From positions 1,248,001 to 1,312,000 of the forward strand of contig CAVZZO010000001.1 of NCBI GenBank assembly GCA_963779755.1: 64,000 nt of DNA. Direction: 5' to 3'. Under the pieces are notes generated by a model, which made no database searches, was not told the DNA's origin, and was given only the letters and a program-made list of their open reading frames with translations. Position 1 is the stretch's first letter. Every line of letters begins with the position of its first letter. This document shows, in pieces, positions 39,139 through 48,792 of the stretch. This DNA comes from an uncultured Gemmatimonadales bacterium (GTDB taxonomy: Bacteria; Gemmatimonadota; Gemmatimonadetes; Gemmatimonadales; GWC2-71-9). The position numbers and the translations under genes were made by a program.

Positions 39139-39959
39139 GACTGACAACGGTAACAGAAAACCGTGCTGCGGGCATCAATGTCGTGGGTCGAGACCAGCCT
39201 GGTTCCGCAAACCCGGCAGGGCTCTCCCTCGCGACCGTACACGAAGAGCTGGAGCTGGAAGTTGCCGGGCTGGCCGGTGCCGGTGCGATAATCGCGGAAG
39301 GTGGTGCCTTCCGCGTCGATGGCCGCCCGCAGAATCCGCCGGGTATGCCGGTAGAGCCGCCGGTATTGGTCGCCGGTGACCTGATTCGCCGGCCGGGAGG
39401 GGTCGATACCCGCGGCGAAGAGCGCCTCGTTGGCGTAGATGTTTCCCACCCCCACCAGGTGCTTCTGGTCCATCAGCACCTTCTTGATGGCCGCGCGGCT
39501 CGCCGAGAGGGTCCGGCGGAATGCCGCGGCGCTGAAGCCGGAGTCCAGCGGCTCGGGGCCCAGCCGCGCGGTATAGGCCTCCCAGCCGGCCTGATCCAGC
39601 AGCAGGATGGTGCCGAGCCGGCGGATGTCGCGAAACACCAGCACGCGGCCGTCGTCCATGGCGGCCTGGAGTACGGCGTAGCGCCGGGCCTCGGGCTTCA
39701 GGGGCCCGGAAAGCACCAGCAGATTACCGGTCATGCCCGGCTGGAGAATGAGAAATCGCTCGCCCAGATCGAACACCGCGTGCTTGGCCCGGCGGAAGAG
39801 GCCGCGAACCACCGCTCCGCGCAGCCGGGTCGCCAGCCGGCGGCGCGTGATTCCCCGCAGCACGTCTTCATGCGTGAGTCGCACCTGCTCGAATCTCCGC
39901 CCCACGACCAGCGGGCGGAGATCGCGTACCATGGTCTCGACTTCGGGAAGCTCAGGCAC
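39135..39959 (-). CDS. mutM: Formamidopyrimidine-DNA glycosylase
   Basis: PELPEVE N-terminus (GTG 39959), RRAK, GMTG, GVGNIYA.E, C..C...C..CQ zinc finger. Confidence 0.97.
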   Translation of the reverse strand: MPELPEVETMVRDLRPLVVGRRFEQVRLTHEDVLRGITRRRLATRLRGAVVRGLFRRAKHAVFDLGERFLILQPGMTGNLLVLSGPLKPEARRYAVLQAAMDDGRVLVFRDIRRLGTILLLDQAGWEAYTARLGPEPLDSGFSAAAFRRTLSASRAAIKKVLMDQKHLVGVGNIYANEALFAAGIDPSRPANQVTGDQYRRLYRHTRRILRAAIDAEGTTFRDYRTGTGQPGNFQLQLFVYGREGEPCRVCGTRLVSTHDIDARSTVFCYRCQS

Positions 39960-40114
39960 ACCGGAAGAGTAATAAGGACTGAGGTCCTTTCGGCTCCCGC
40001 GCGCGGCGCTCGGTCCAGGGTGCCGGCTCCGGCAGCACCGATACCACCCTGCCGCCCCCCCCATTCGGTGGTGCCTGCGCCGGCCCCGGCCTTCGCCCCG
40101 GCGGTAGCTTCCCG

Positions 40115-40173
40115 CTCAGTCCTCAGTCCTCAGTCCTCAGTCCTCAGTCCTCAGTCCTCAGTCCTCAGTCCTC
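40115..40173. repeat. Perfect tandem heptamer (CTCAGTC)x8
   Basis: Counted 40115-40170 plus a partial unit; abuts cupredoxin stop. Confidence 0.95.
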
Positions 40174-40581
40174 CTACGGTGTCACCGTAATCGTTCCCAC
40201 CATACCGGGGTGGATGGTGCAGTGATAGGTATAGGTCCCTGCGGCGGTGAACTTGAAGGTAAAGCGCCCCTGCGGAGGCAGGACACCGGAGTCGAAGAGG
40301 CCGTTGTCCTCGTGCAGATGATGGGTAACGCCGCTGACACCGCCGTAGGCGCCGGAGCTGAAGTCGCCGTTGTACCAGGTCACGCTGCCATCGGACAGCT
40401 TCACCTGGAAGTTGGCGGGGGAGAACGCGGTGGTGGTGAGCGTGGACGCGCCATTCACGACGGTGACGTCCGGAGTGGGGCCGGGATCGGTCGAGCTCTT
40501 GCACTGGGTGAGGAGGAGGCCGGCAATCGGGAGGAACAGCGCCGGCTTGAAGATGCGAAACAACTTGTACGAGATGTGCAT
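40174..40581 (-). CDS. Cupredoxin/plastocyanin-like lipoprotein
   Basis: Lipobox-like LLTQC; VTW.N, upstream His, YHCTIHPGM type-1 copper loop. Confidence 0.85.
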   Translation of the reverse strand: MHISYKLFRIFKPALFLPIAGLLLTQCKSSTDPGPTPDVTVVNGASTLTTTAFSPANFQVKLSDGSVTWYNGDFSSGAYGGVSGVTHHLHEDNGLFDSGVLPPQGRFTFKFTAAGTYTYHCTIHPGMVGTITVTP

Positions 40582-40652
40582 GGAGACATCCGGTTGATGG
40601 TCTCCAATCTGCACACGGCGGGATTCACGCGACAGCGTAAAAGTACGGAACC

Positions 40653-41933
40653 TCAGCCCTTGCTCGTCACCCGCTCTGCCTCCCGCCATCCGATATCCCG
40701 GCGGAAGATCCTGCCGTCATAACTGATTGCCTCAGCGCCGGCGCGGCTCTGCTGCTGGGCCTCGGAGAAGGTGGACCCGACGCCGGTAACGGCCAGCACC
40801 CGGCCCCCGGCCACCCGCAGGACGCCGGCGTCGTCTCTCGCGGTGCCGGCGTGGAACACCAGGAGCGCGGGCGGAAGGCCGTCGGGGATGGTGATGGCCG
40901 CGCCCTTCTCGGGCTTTTCCGGGTAGCCGCGGGCGGCGAGTACGGTGGTAACCGCGGCGCCCGGGTTGGTGGCGAGCGGAGCCGGCGCCCGTCCATGGGC
41001 AATGGCGATCATGGCCGACAGGAGCCCGCCGCGCACCAGCGGCAGCACTGCCTGCGCCTCGGGGTCGCCCAGGCGGCAGTTGAACTCGACCACCCGCAGG
41101 GCATCCCGCGAGCCGATCATGAGGCCGGCGTAGAGCACGCCCGCGAAGGGGCAGCCGTCGTGGGCCATCTGCACCAGGGTGGGCTGGATGATCTCGCGGC
41201 CCGCCCGCTCCAGCAATCCGGGGGTAGCGATCGACACCGGGCTGTACGCGCCCATCCCTCCGGTATTGGGTCCGCAGTCTCCTTCGCCGATGCGCTTGTG
41301 ATCCTGCGCCGCGGGGAGCAGCACGTAGTCCTGGCCGTCGGTGAGGGCGAAGACCGACAGCTCTTCGCCTTCCATGAACTCCTCCACCACGATCTCCTGG
41401 CCGGCATCGCCCATGGCGCCGCCCAGCATGGCCTCGGCCGCCTGCGCCGCCTCGGCGCGCGAGGCGCAGACCAGCGCGCCCTTGCCCGCGGCCAGCCCCG
41501 AGGCCTTCACTACCAGCGGCTCGGGATGCCGGTCGATCCACGCCCGGGCTTCTTCCAGCCGGCGGAAGCTCCGGCTGCCGGCTGTCGGGACGCCGGCGCG
41601 CTGCATGACTTCCTTGGCGAACGACTTGGAGGCTTCGATGCGGGCGGCCGCCGCGCTGGGCCCGAAGACCGGCCGGCCTTCGGACTGCAGGCGGTCCGCC
41701 AGCCCCAGTGCCAGGGGAACCTCGGGGCCGACGACCGTGAGATCGATGTCGTACTCCGCGACGGCGGCGACCAGGCGGGCGATGTCGTGGGCGGGAACAG
41801 GAAGATTGGTGGCGAGGAGGGCGGTGCCGGGGTTACCGGGAGCGCAGAAGAGTTGGGCCGAGGGGTCGTCGCGACGGAGGGCCCAGAGCAGCGCATGCTC
41901 CCGGCCCCCTCCCCCGATTACCAGGATCTTCAC
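40653..41933 (-). CDS. purD: Phosphoribosylamine--glycine ligase
   Basis: GGGGREHAL, GPE.PL, GLAAGKG, QDHKR, NTGGMGAY, EFN.R.GDPE. Confidence 0.98.
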   Translation of the reverse strand: MKILVIGGGGREHALLWALRRDDPSAQLFCAPGNPGTALLATNLPVPAHDIARLVAAVAEYDIDLTVVGPEVPLALGLADRLQSEGRPVFGPSAAAARIEASKSFAKEVMQRAGVPTAGSRSFRRLEEARAWIDRHPEPLVVKASGLAAGKGALVCASRAEAAQAAEAMLGGAMGDAGQEIVVEEFMEGEELSVFALTDGQDYVLLPAAQDHKRIGEGDCGPNTGGMGAYSPVSIATPGLLERAGREIIQPTLVQMAHDGCPFAGVLYAGLMIGSRDALRVVEFNCRLGDPEAQAVLPLVRGGLLSAMIAIAHGRAPAPLATNPGAAVTTVLAARGYPEKPEKGAAITIPDGLPPALLVFHAGTARDDAGVLRVAGGRVLAVTGVGSTFSEAQQQSRAGAEAISYDGRIFRRDIGWREAERVTSKG

Positions 41934-42946
41934 TTCTTCTGCGCGTTGCGGAAGGCCTCTCCCACCTTCTCCGCGGCCCGTTTGGCGGCGTCCACCACCT
42001 GGCCGGCGGCCTGGCGCGCCTCGCGGGCATAGTAGCCGCCCGCTTCTTTCATGTGGTCGCTGATCGGCCGCTCGGCCGTACCCGGTCCCCGGCGGGGATA
42101 CTCACCCCGGAGGATGCGGTCGTAATCGCCGGCCGCCAGCCACTGCTGCAGCTCCGCCGCCCGAACGGTGTTCATCGGATGCGTCAGCCCCAGGGTGTTG
42201 ATCACCTTATACACCAGCGCCAGGCCGTCACTGGCCTCGTTGTATTCGTGCGCCTGGCGCATGAAGGCTTCCACGTTCATGTGGTCGTTGAAGCCGATCT
42301 CCCGGCCGCCGCCGGCCATGGTCATGAGCAGCTTCTGCGCCGCGACAACGTCCTGGCTGCCCAGCAGGCCGGCCCGGTCGGCCGATAGCTCCGATTTCCG
42401 GGACCATTCCAGGAAGGCCAGCTTGAGCGGCAGCAGCGCCAGTCCGGCCAGCATGGGCAGCGCGGCGACACTCACCACCGCCAGGATAGCGGCGATGGTG
42501 CGGTAGAAGGCATGGCCGCTGATCACGTGCCCCATCTCGTGGGCCAGGAGCACGCGCAGCTCGTCTTCGTGCAGCATCTCCAGCGCCGCCGAATGCAGTA
42601 CGATGAACGGATCGTCCATGCCGTAGGCACCGGCATTGAAGACCGGCGTCTGGGAGATGTAGAGCTCCGGCACCCTGGGCCAGTCGAACGTGGTACAGAC
42701 TTCCACGTGCAGCATCCAGACCTTGGGAAACTGCTCCGGCCCCACCCGGACCGCGTTCCCCTGAAACAGAAGCCGGATGCCCTGCTCGCCGCCCAACAGG
42801 GCCACAATCTTCCGGATGACGTCCTCAAAGCCGGGAAGACTCCGCAGGCTCTGCAGGGCTGCCCGGTCGGCCGGATGCTCCCAGCTGACCGGGGCAATGT
42901 CTGGAAAGGTGCGTCGCGGCCGGGCCGCGGGCGTGGTGGTTGTCAT
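41930..42946 (-). CDS. M48-family zinc metallopeptidase
   Basis: WEHPADR, NA, AHEMGH, ELSADRAG, THP. Confidence 0.9.
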   Translation of the reverse strand: MTTTTPAARPRRTFPDIAPVSWEHPADRAALQSLRSLPGFEDVIRKIVALLGGEQGIRLLFQGNAVRVGPEQFPKVWMLHVEVCTTFDWPRVPELYISQTPVFNAGAYGMDDPFIVLHSAALEMLHEDELRVLLAHEMGHVISGHAFYRTIAAILAVVSVAALPMLAGLALLPLKLAFLEWSRKSELSADRAGLLGSQDVVAAQKLLMTMAGGGREIGFNDHMNVEAFMRQAHEYNEASDGLALVYKVINTLGLTHPMNTVRAAELQQWLAAGDYDRILRGEYPRRGPGTAERPISDHMKEAGGYYAREARQAAGQVVDAAKRAAEKVGEAFRNAQKK

Positions 42947-42974
42947 GGCGACTGCTCTGGTTGAGGTGCGCAGC

Positions 42975-43002
42975 CCTACGTTGGGCTCCCGCACTAGTTT
43001 CA
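42975..43002 (-). promoter_or_regulatory. SigW-like ECF promoter TGAAAC-N16-CGTAGG upstream of M48 peptidase
   Basis: TGAAAC 43002-42997, CGTA 42980-42977. Confidence 0.65.
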
Positions 43003-43012
43003 GCCTGTAACG

Positions 43013-43069
43013 GGTGAGGCGTAAGGCGTAAGGGGTGCTGCGGTTACGTCTTACGTCTCACGTCTTACG
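43013..43069. repeat. Inverted heptamer arrays (GCGTAAG)n...(CTTACGT)n
   Basis: gtgaggcgtaaggcgtaagg...ttacgtcttacgtctcacgtcttacg; last unit contains the upstream gene's stop. Confidence 0.75.
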
Positions 43070-44231
43070 CTTTCATTGCCTGCTCCAGATCCTCCTTCAG
43101 GTCTTCCAGGTCCTCGATGCCGCAGCTCAGCCGGATGAGGCTGTCGGTGAGGCCCATTTTCTGGCGCAGCGCCAGCGGGACCGAAGCGTGGGTCATCGAC
43201 GCCGGGTGGCCAATCAGGCTTTCGACGCCTCCCAGCGATTCGGCCAGGCTGAAGATGCGGGTGCGCTCCGCCATGCGGCGCGCCCGGGCCGGGTCGCCCA
43301 GCTCGATCGAGATCATGCCGCCGAATCCGCTCATCTGGCGGCAGGCCAGTTCATGCTGCGGGTGTGAGGGCAGGCCGGGGTAGTACACCTTCTGCACCGC
43401 GGGATGCCGGGAGAGCCACTGGGCCAGCGCCCGGCCGGTCCTGTCGTGCTGCCGCATGCGGATCGCCAGGGTCTTGGTGCCGCGCAGGGCCAGGAAGCAG
43501 TCCATGGGGCCGGGCACCGCTCCGGCGGCGTTCTGGATGAAGCCCAGCCGCTCGGCCAGGTCGTCCCGCCGGGTTATGACCAGGCCGCCGACCATGTCGC
43601 TGTGGCCGTTCAGGTACTTGGTGGTTGAGTGGACGACCAGGTCGGCGCCCAGTTCGAGCGGGCGCTGGAACACCGGTGTGGCGAACGTATTGTCCACCGC
43701 CAGGAGCAGTCCGCGGGCCTGCGTGAGATCGGCTACCGCCGCGAGATCCGTGAGGATCATCATCGGGTTGGTGGGCGTTTCGCAAAAGACCAGGCGGGTG
43801 GCCGGGGTGAGCGCCTGCTCCACCTGGCCGATCTCGCTCATGTCCACGAAGCTGAACTTCAGTCCCAGCCGGGTATAGATCTGCTGCATCAGGCGATGGG
43901 TGCCGCCGTAGACGTTCTCGCCGCAGATCACATGGTCGCCTGCCTGGAGCAGCTTGAGCACCGCGTCTATGGCGCCGAGCCCGGAGCTGTAGGCAAATCC
44001 GTGCAGCCCCCCCTCCAGTACCGCGACATTCCGCTCCAGGGCCTCGCGGGTGGGGTTGCGAGTCCGGGCGTACTCGTAGCCCCGGTTACGGCCGATGCCT
44101 TCCTGCACGTAGGTGGAGGTCTGATAGATCGGGGTCATGACGGCCCCGGCCAGCGGATCCGGCTGCTGGCCGGCATGAACCGCTCGGGTGCTGAAGCCGG
44201 TGCCCTGCTCGTCCGACAGAATCCTGGTCAT
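43065..44231 (-). CDS. Cystathionine gamma-synthase/lyase (Cys/Met PLP enzyme)
   Basis: PIYQTST, Y.R..NPT, ETPTNP, DNTF, HSTTKYLNGHSD, ESLGGVES. Confidence 0.95.
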   Translation of the reverse strand: MTRILSDEQGTGFSTRAVHAGQQPDPLAGAVMTPIYQTSTYVQEGIGRNRGYEYARTRNPTREALERNVAVLEGGLHGFAYSSGLGAIDAVLKLLQAGDHVICGENVYGGTHRLMQQIYTRLGLKFSFVDMSEIGQVEQALTPATRLVFCETPTNPMMILTDLAAVADLTQARGLLLAVDNTFATPVFQRPLELGADLVVHSTTKYLNGHSDMVGGLVITRRDDLAERLGFIQNAAGAVPGPMDCFLALRGTKTLAIRMRQHDRTGRALAQWLSRHPAVQKVYYPGLPSHPQHELACRQMSGFGGMISIELGDPARARRMAERTRIFSLAESLGGVESLIGHPASMTHASVPLALRQKMGLTDSLIRLSCGIEDLEDLKEDLEQAMKA

Positions 44232-44399
44232 GTAACCCGTGGCTGGAGGTGAAGATCCGGCGGTGAGGAAGGTTAGGCCCGGTGCAGACGGGCGGCAAGC
44301 TGCCGGGGAGGAGTCTCCTGGGCCCGGCGGCCCGTGACGAGGCGCCGGGCCTGCGGGACTCTCATTGAAGAAGCGCCCCATCCTGAGTAGGTTCGCCCT

Positions 44400-45461
44400 G
44401 TGACTGCATCTCCCTTACAACTCGAGTCCTCCGTCGCCACCGCACGCTGCCTGGTGGTGGACGATGACGAAAAAGTCCGCCGGGCGCTGGTCCGGGTGAT
44501 CGAAGGCCAGGGCCTGCAGTGTCTGGAGGCGTCCTCGGGCAGCGAGGCCCTGGCGGTCCTGGAGCGGGCCGGCGCCGTGCCCCTGGTGGTCAGCGATATC
44601 CACATGCCCGGGATGGACGGGATCACCCTGCTGCGCGAGCTCCGGCAGCGCTACCCGGATACCGCCGTCATGATGCTGACGGCGGTTTCCGACGTGCAGA
44701 CAGCGGTGACCTGCCTGCAACTCGGCGCCATGGATTACATCGGCAAGCCGGTCATCATCGACGAGGTCCGGGCGCGCGTGTCGCAGGTGCTGGAGAAGCG
44801 CGATCTTATCCTGCAGAACCGCTTCTACCAGAAGCACCTGGAGGAGCGGGTGCGACAGCAGGCGCGCCGTATCAAGGAGGTGTTCCTCGAAGGGGTGCAG
44901 GCGCTGGTGCAGGCCCTGGAGGCGAAGGACCCCTACACCCGGGGCCATTCCCGGCGGGTGAGCCAGTACGCGGTCAGGACGGCGGTGCAGCTGGGCCTCA
45001 CCGGCGACCTGCTGGAGGACATCCGGATCGGCGGCGATCTGCACGACATCGGCAAGATCGACACCCCCGAGAGCATTCTGAACAAGCCGGGACCGCTGAC
45101 CGATGTGGAATACGAGCGGGTTACCCGGCACACGGTGCTGGGCGAGCGTATCCTGTCGTCCTTTCTGCGGGAATCCCCGGTGGTGCTGCGCATCACCCGG
45201 TCCCACCACGAGCGCCTCGACGGGCGCGGCTTCCCCGACCGCCTGAAGGGCACCGCTATCCCCTTCGAAGCCCGGCTGGTGTCGGTGGTCGACGCCTTCG
45301 ACGCCATGACGACCAACCGCGCCTACCGCGAAGCGTACACTCCCGCCGACGCCTGCAAGGAGCTGCAGGTCTGCGCCGGCACCCACTTTGATCCCGACGT
45401 GGTTGAGGCCTTCCTGAAGGCGTTCGGCACCAACCTCGACGCCCTGCCCATCTCAGTGTAG
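44400..45461 (+). CDS. Response regulator with HD-GYP cyclic-dinucleotide phosphodiesterase domain
   Basis: REC (VDDD, SDI.MP, K P); T.GHS.RV, LHDIGK, HHER.DG.GFP, D.FDAMT..R. Confidence 0.93.
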   Translation: MTASPLQLESSVATARCLVVDDDEKVRRALVRVIEGQGLQCLEASSGSEALAVLERAGAVPLVVSDIHMPGMDGITLLRELRQRYPDTAVMMLTAVSDVQTAVTCLQLGAMDYIGKPVIIDEVRARVSQVLEKRDLILQNRFYQKHLEERVRQQARRIKEVFLEGVQALVQALEAKDPYTRGHSRRVSQYAVRTAVQLGLTGDLLEDIRIGGDLHDIGKIDTPESILNKPGPLTDVEYERVTRHTVLGERILSSFLRESPVVLRITRSHHERLDGRGFPDRLKGTAIPFEARLVSVVDAFDAMTTNRAYREAYTPADACKELQVCAGTHFDPDVVEAFLKAFGTNLDALPISV

Positions 45462-45479
45462 AGCGCTATCTTTGCGCGC

Positions 45480-46850
45480 ATGTCCGACACCTTGATGATC
45501 AGTGTCTCGGGGATGCGCGGGATCGTCGGCACCGATCTCACCCCCGAGCTCGTGACACGGCATGCCGCCGCGCTCGCCGCCTGGGCAGCCGCCAACAGCG
45601 CGCCCCGGGTGGTCCTCGGCCGGGATGCCCGTACCAGCGGGCCCATGTTCGCTCACGCCGCCGCCGCGGGCATCATGTCGGTCGGGGCGGAGGTGATCGA
45701 CGTGGGGCTGGTGCCCACCCCCACGGTGCAGCTTGCCGTCGAGCACCATCACGCCGGCGCGGGACTCATTCTCACCGCCAGCCACAATCCCATCGAGTGG
45801 AACGCCCTCAAGTTCGTGGGGCCCGACGGCATCTTCCTCGATGCCGATGCCGGGGCCGCCGTGCGGTCCCTGGCCGAACGGGGACCGGAGCGGGCCGGCT
45901 GGGAACGGATTGGCGCCTGGCGCAATGATCCTGATGCCGTCACGCGGCACCTCGAGGGGATCTTCGCGCTCGATGTGATCGACATCGCATCCATCCGGCG
46001 CCGCCGGTTCAAAGTTGCCTTGGATTGTGTTCGGGGCGCCGGCGGCAGCATCATGCCCGCCCTGCTGGAGCGGCTCGGGTGCGAGGTGGCCGGCATCAAT
46101 ATGGAAACGGACGGCCGCTTTCCCCGCCCCCCTGAGCCTGTGCCGGCCAATCTGGGCGAGTTATCGCGGCTGGTCCGCGACCATGGCGCCGACGTCGGGC
46201 TGGCCGTGGATCCCGATGTCGACCGCCTCGCCCTGGTGGACGAACAGGGAGAACCGATTGGGGAGGACTACACCCTGGCCTTCGCCGTGCAATCGGTGCT
46301 GGGTGGTGGTGCGGGGGACGGCTCACCGGTCGTGGTGGCCAACCTTTCGACCAGCCTGGTGGTGGAGGATGCCGCTCGTGCCGCGGGCGCCCGCCTGGTG
46401 CGCGCGCCGGTGGGCGAGGCCAATGTGGCTCGCACGATTCTTCGCGAGGGCGCGGCCATCGGCGGGGAGGGGAACGGGGGCGTCATGTACCCGGCCCTGC
46501 ATGTGGGGCGGGACGCTCCACTGGGCGTGGCGCTAATCTTGCAGTTATTTGCGCGCGTCGGCCAGCCGCTTTCCGCGTTGGTGGCCGCATCGCCCCGCTA
46601 CACGATCGTCAAGGGTAAAGGCCAGAGGGGCAAAGACTTGGCCCCGGTGTACCAGGCGCTGCGCGCTCGCTTTCCCGACGCGGCGGCCGATGACCGCGAT
46701 GGCCTGCGACTGGCCTGGCCGGACCGCTGGGTACACCTGCGGCCCTCCGGTACGGAGCCCATCGTGCGGTTCATCGCGGAGGCTCCCACCCGGGCCGATG
46801 CCGAGGCGCTGGTGGCGCTCTGCCAGGAACTGACGACGGCTCAAGGCTGA
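45480..46850 (+). CDS. glmM: Phosphoglucosamine mutase / phosphohexomutase
   Basis: TASHNP, DPDVDR, GGEGNGG, RPSGTEP; adjacent to glmS. Confidence 0.88.
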   Translation: MSDTLMISVSGMRGIVGTDLTPELVTRHAAALAAWAAANSAPRVVLGRDARTSGPMFAHAAAAGIMSVGAEVIDVGLVPTPTVQLAVEHHHAGAGLILTASHNPIEWNALKFVGPDGIFLDADAGAAVRSLAERGPERAGWERIGAWRNDPDAVTRHLEGIFALDVIDIASIRRRRFKVALDCVRGAGGSIMPALLERLGCEVAGINMETDGRFPRPPEPVPANLGELSRLVRDHGADVGLAVDPDVDRLALVDEQGEPIGEDYTLAFAVQSVLGGGAGDGSPVVVANLSTSLVVEDAARAAGARLVRAPVGEANVARTILREGAAIGGEGNGGVMYPALHVGRDAPLGVALILQLFARVGQPLSALVAASPRYTIVKGKGQRGKDLAPVYQALRARFPDAAADDRDGLRLAWPDRWVHLRPSGTEPIVRFIAEAPTRADAEALVALCQELTTAQG

Positions 46851-46871
46851 AAAGGCTGAAGAGGACAGATC

Positions 46872-48701
46872 ATGTGCGGAATTGTCGGCTATATAGGGCC
46901 CCGGAATGCGGCGGAGTTGCTGCTCGACGGCCTGCGGCGGCTGGAATATCGCGGCTATGACTCCGCCGGCCTGGCCGTGGTGAACGGCAAGGGGCTCGAT
47001 CTCACCAAGACCGCCGGCAAGCTCACCGTGCTGGAAGAACAGCTGGGCAACCGCATCCCTCAGGGCACGGTGGGCATCGGGCACACGCGCTGGGCCACCC
47101 ACGGCGCTCCCACGTCCATCAACGCCCATCCGCACACCGATCAGAGCGGCCATATCGCCCTGATCCACAACGGGATCATCGAGAACTCCCGGACCATCCG
47201 GCAGGCGCTGGAGAAGCGGGGTCATACCTTCACGTCCGAGACCGACACCGAGGTGCTGACGCACCTGATCGGCGAGCTGTACGAGGACAGCCTGGAAGAG
47301 GCCGTGGCCGCCGCGCTGCGCGACGTGGACGGCGCCTACGGCATTGCCGTGATCAGCAGCCGCGAGCCCGACACCCTGGTAGCCGCGCGCAACGGCTCTC
47401 CCCTGCTCCTCGGCGTGGGCGAGCACGAATGGTTCGTGGCCTCCGATGCCTCCGCCCTGCTGGCGCACACCCGCTCAGTGGTCTATCTCGACGACGGCGA
47501 GATGGTCGTGATCAACCGCAACAGCGGCTATCATGTCCGCGACCTGGCCGCCACGCGTATCGAAAAGCCCATCAACCGGATCGACTGGGATCTCGCCACC
47601 ATCGAGCGCGGCGGCTACCCCCACTTCATGCTGAAGGAGATCTGCGAGCAGGCGGAGAGTGTGGAAAACACCCTGCGCGGCCACCTGCTGGAGGAAGAAG
47701 GCACCGCCCGGGTTCACGGCCTCAACCTGAACGACGAGGCTATCGCGAAGATCCAGCGGATCGTCATTACCGCCTGCGGCACCTCCTGGCACTCCGGGCT
47801 GATCGGCGAGTACCTGCTGGAGGAAATGGCCCGCATCCCGGTGGAGGTGGAATACGCCTCCGAGTTCCGCTACCGCAATCCGGTGGTGGACGACCGCACC
47901 CTGGTGATCGCCATCTCGCAGTCGGGCGAAACCGCCGACACCCTGGCCGCCATCCGCGAGGCCAAGTCGCGGGGGGCCCGGACCGTCGGCGTGGTGAACG
48001 TGGTGGGCAGCACCATCGCGCGCGAGGTGGACGGCGGCATCTACCTGCACGCGGGGCCGGAGATCGGCGTGGCCAGTACCAAGGCGTTCACCAGCCAGGT
48101 GGCCGCGCTCACGCTCATCGCCCTGCGCTTCGCCCGGCTGCGCGACATGAGCATTCTGCAGGGGCGGGAGTTCATCCAGGAGCTGAAGCGCCTGCCCGAT
48201 CTGATCCGGGAAATCCTCGAGCGGTCCGGCGAGGTGGAAGCCCTGGCGGCGCGTTACTGGCAAGCCACCAACGCCCTCTACCTCGGACGGGGAGTAAACT
48301 TCCCCACCGCGCTGGAAGGGGCGCTCAAGCTCAAGGAGATCTCCTACATCCACGCCGAGGGTTATCCCGCGGCGGAAATGAAACACGGGCCCATCGCCCT
48401 GATCGACGAAAACATGCCGGTGGTGTTCATCGCCCCGCGCGACGCCGTGCACAGCAAGATCGTCAGCAACGTGGAAGAGGTCAAAGCCCGCGGCGGCCAG
48501 GTCATCGCCCTGGTCAACAGCGGCGACACCGAAATGACCCGCCTCGCCGACGCGACCTTTACCATCCCGGAAACCCACGACCTGCTGACCCCCATCCTCA
48601 CCAGCATCCCGCTGCAGCTCTTCGCCTATTACGTCGCGGTGCGCCGGGGCTGCAACGTGGACCAGCCGCGGAATCTGGCCAAATCGGTGACGGTGGAATA
48701 A
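46872..48701 (+). CDS. glmS: Glutamine--fructose-6-phosphate transaminase
   Basis: MCGIVG, RGYDSAG, HTRWATHG, SQSGETADT, PRNLAKSVTVE. Confidence 0.99.
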   Translation: MCGIVGYIGPRNAAELLLDGLRRLEYRGYDSAGLAVVNGKGLDLTKTAGKLTVLEEQLGNRIPQGTVGIGHTRWATHGAPTSINAHPHTDQSGHIALIHNGIIENSRTIRQALEKRGHTFTSETDTEVLTHLIGELYEDSLEEAVAAALRDVDGAYGIAVISSREPDTLVAARNGSPLLLGVGEHEWFVASDASALLAHTRSVVYLDDGEMVVINRNSGYHVRDLAATRIEKPINRIDWDLATIERGGYPHFMLKEICEQAESVENTLRGHLLEEEGTARVHGLNLNDEAIAKIQRIVITACGTSWHSGLIGEYLLEEMARIPVEVEYASEFRYRNPVVDDRTLVIAISQSGETADTLAAIREAKSRGARTVGVVNVVGSTIAREVDGGIYLHAGPEIGVASTKAFTSQVAALTLIALRFARLRDMSILQGREFIQELKRLPDLIREILERSGEVEALAARYWQATNALYLGRGVNFPTALEGALKLKEISYIHAEGYPAAEMKHGPIALIDENMPVVFIAPRDAVHSKIVSNVEEVKARGGQVIALVNSGDTEMTRLADATFTIPETHDLLTPILTSIPLQLFAYYVAVRRGCNVDQPRNLAKSVTVE

Positions 48702-48792
48702 GGGATCAGGGACCAGGAATCGGGAATCAGGGCCCTTCCTCCCCGCCGGGATGGGAGGGCCTCTTGTTCCTGGCCCCCGGTTCCTGATCCCC
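48701..48792. repeat. Inverted heptamer arms (GGGATCA/GGGAATC...TTCCTGATCCC) around a GC hairpin; likely terminator region of glmS
   Basis: agggatcagggaccaggaatcgggaatc...gttcctggcccccggttcctgatcccc. Confidence 0.7.

Noticed and set aside
40115..40173. Tandem arrays as CRISPR
   Set aside because: Units are 7-9 nt with no unique spacers and no cas genes.
46851..46871. glmS ribozyme
   Set aside because: Only 21 nt between glmM and glmS, containing just an RBS.
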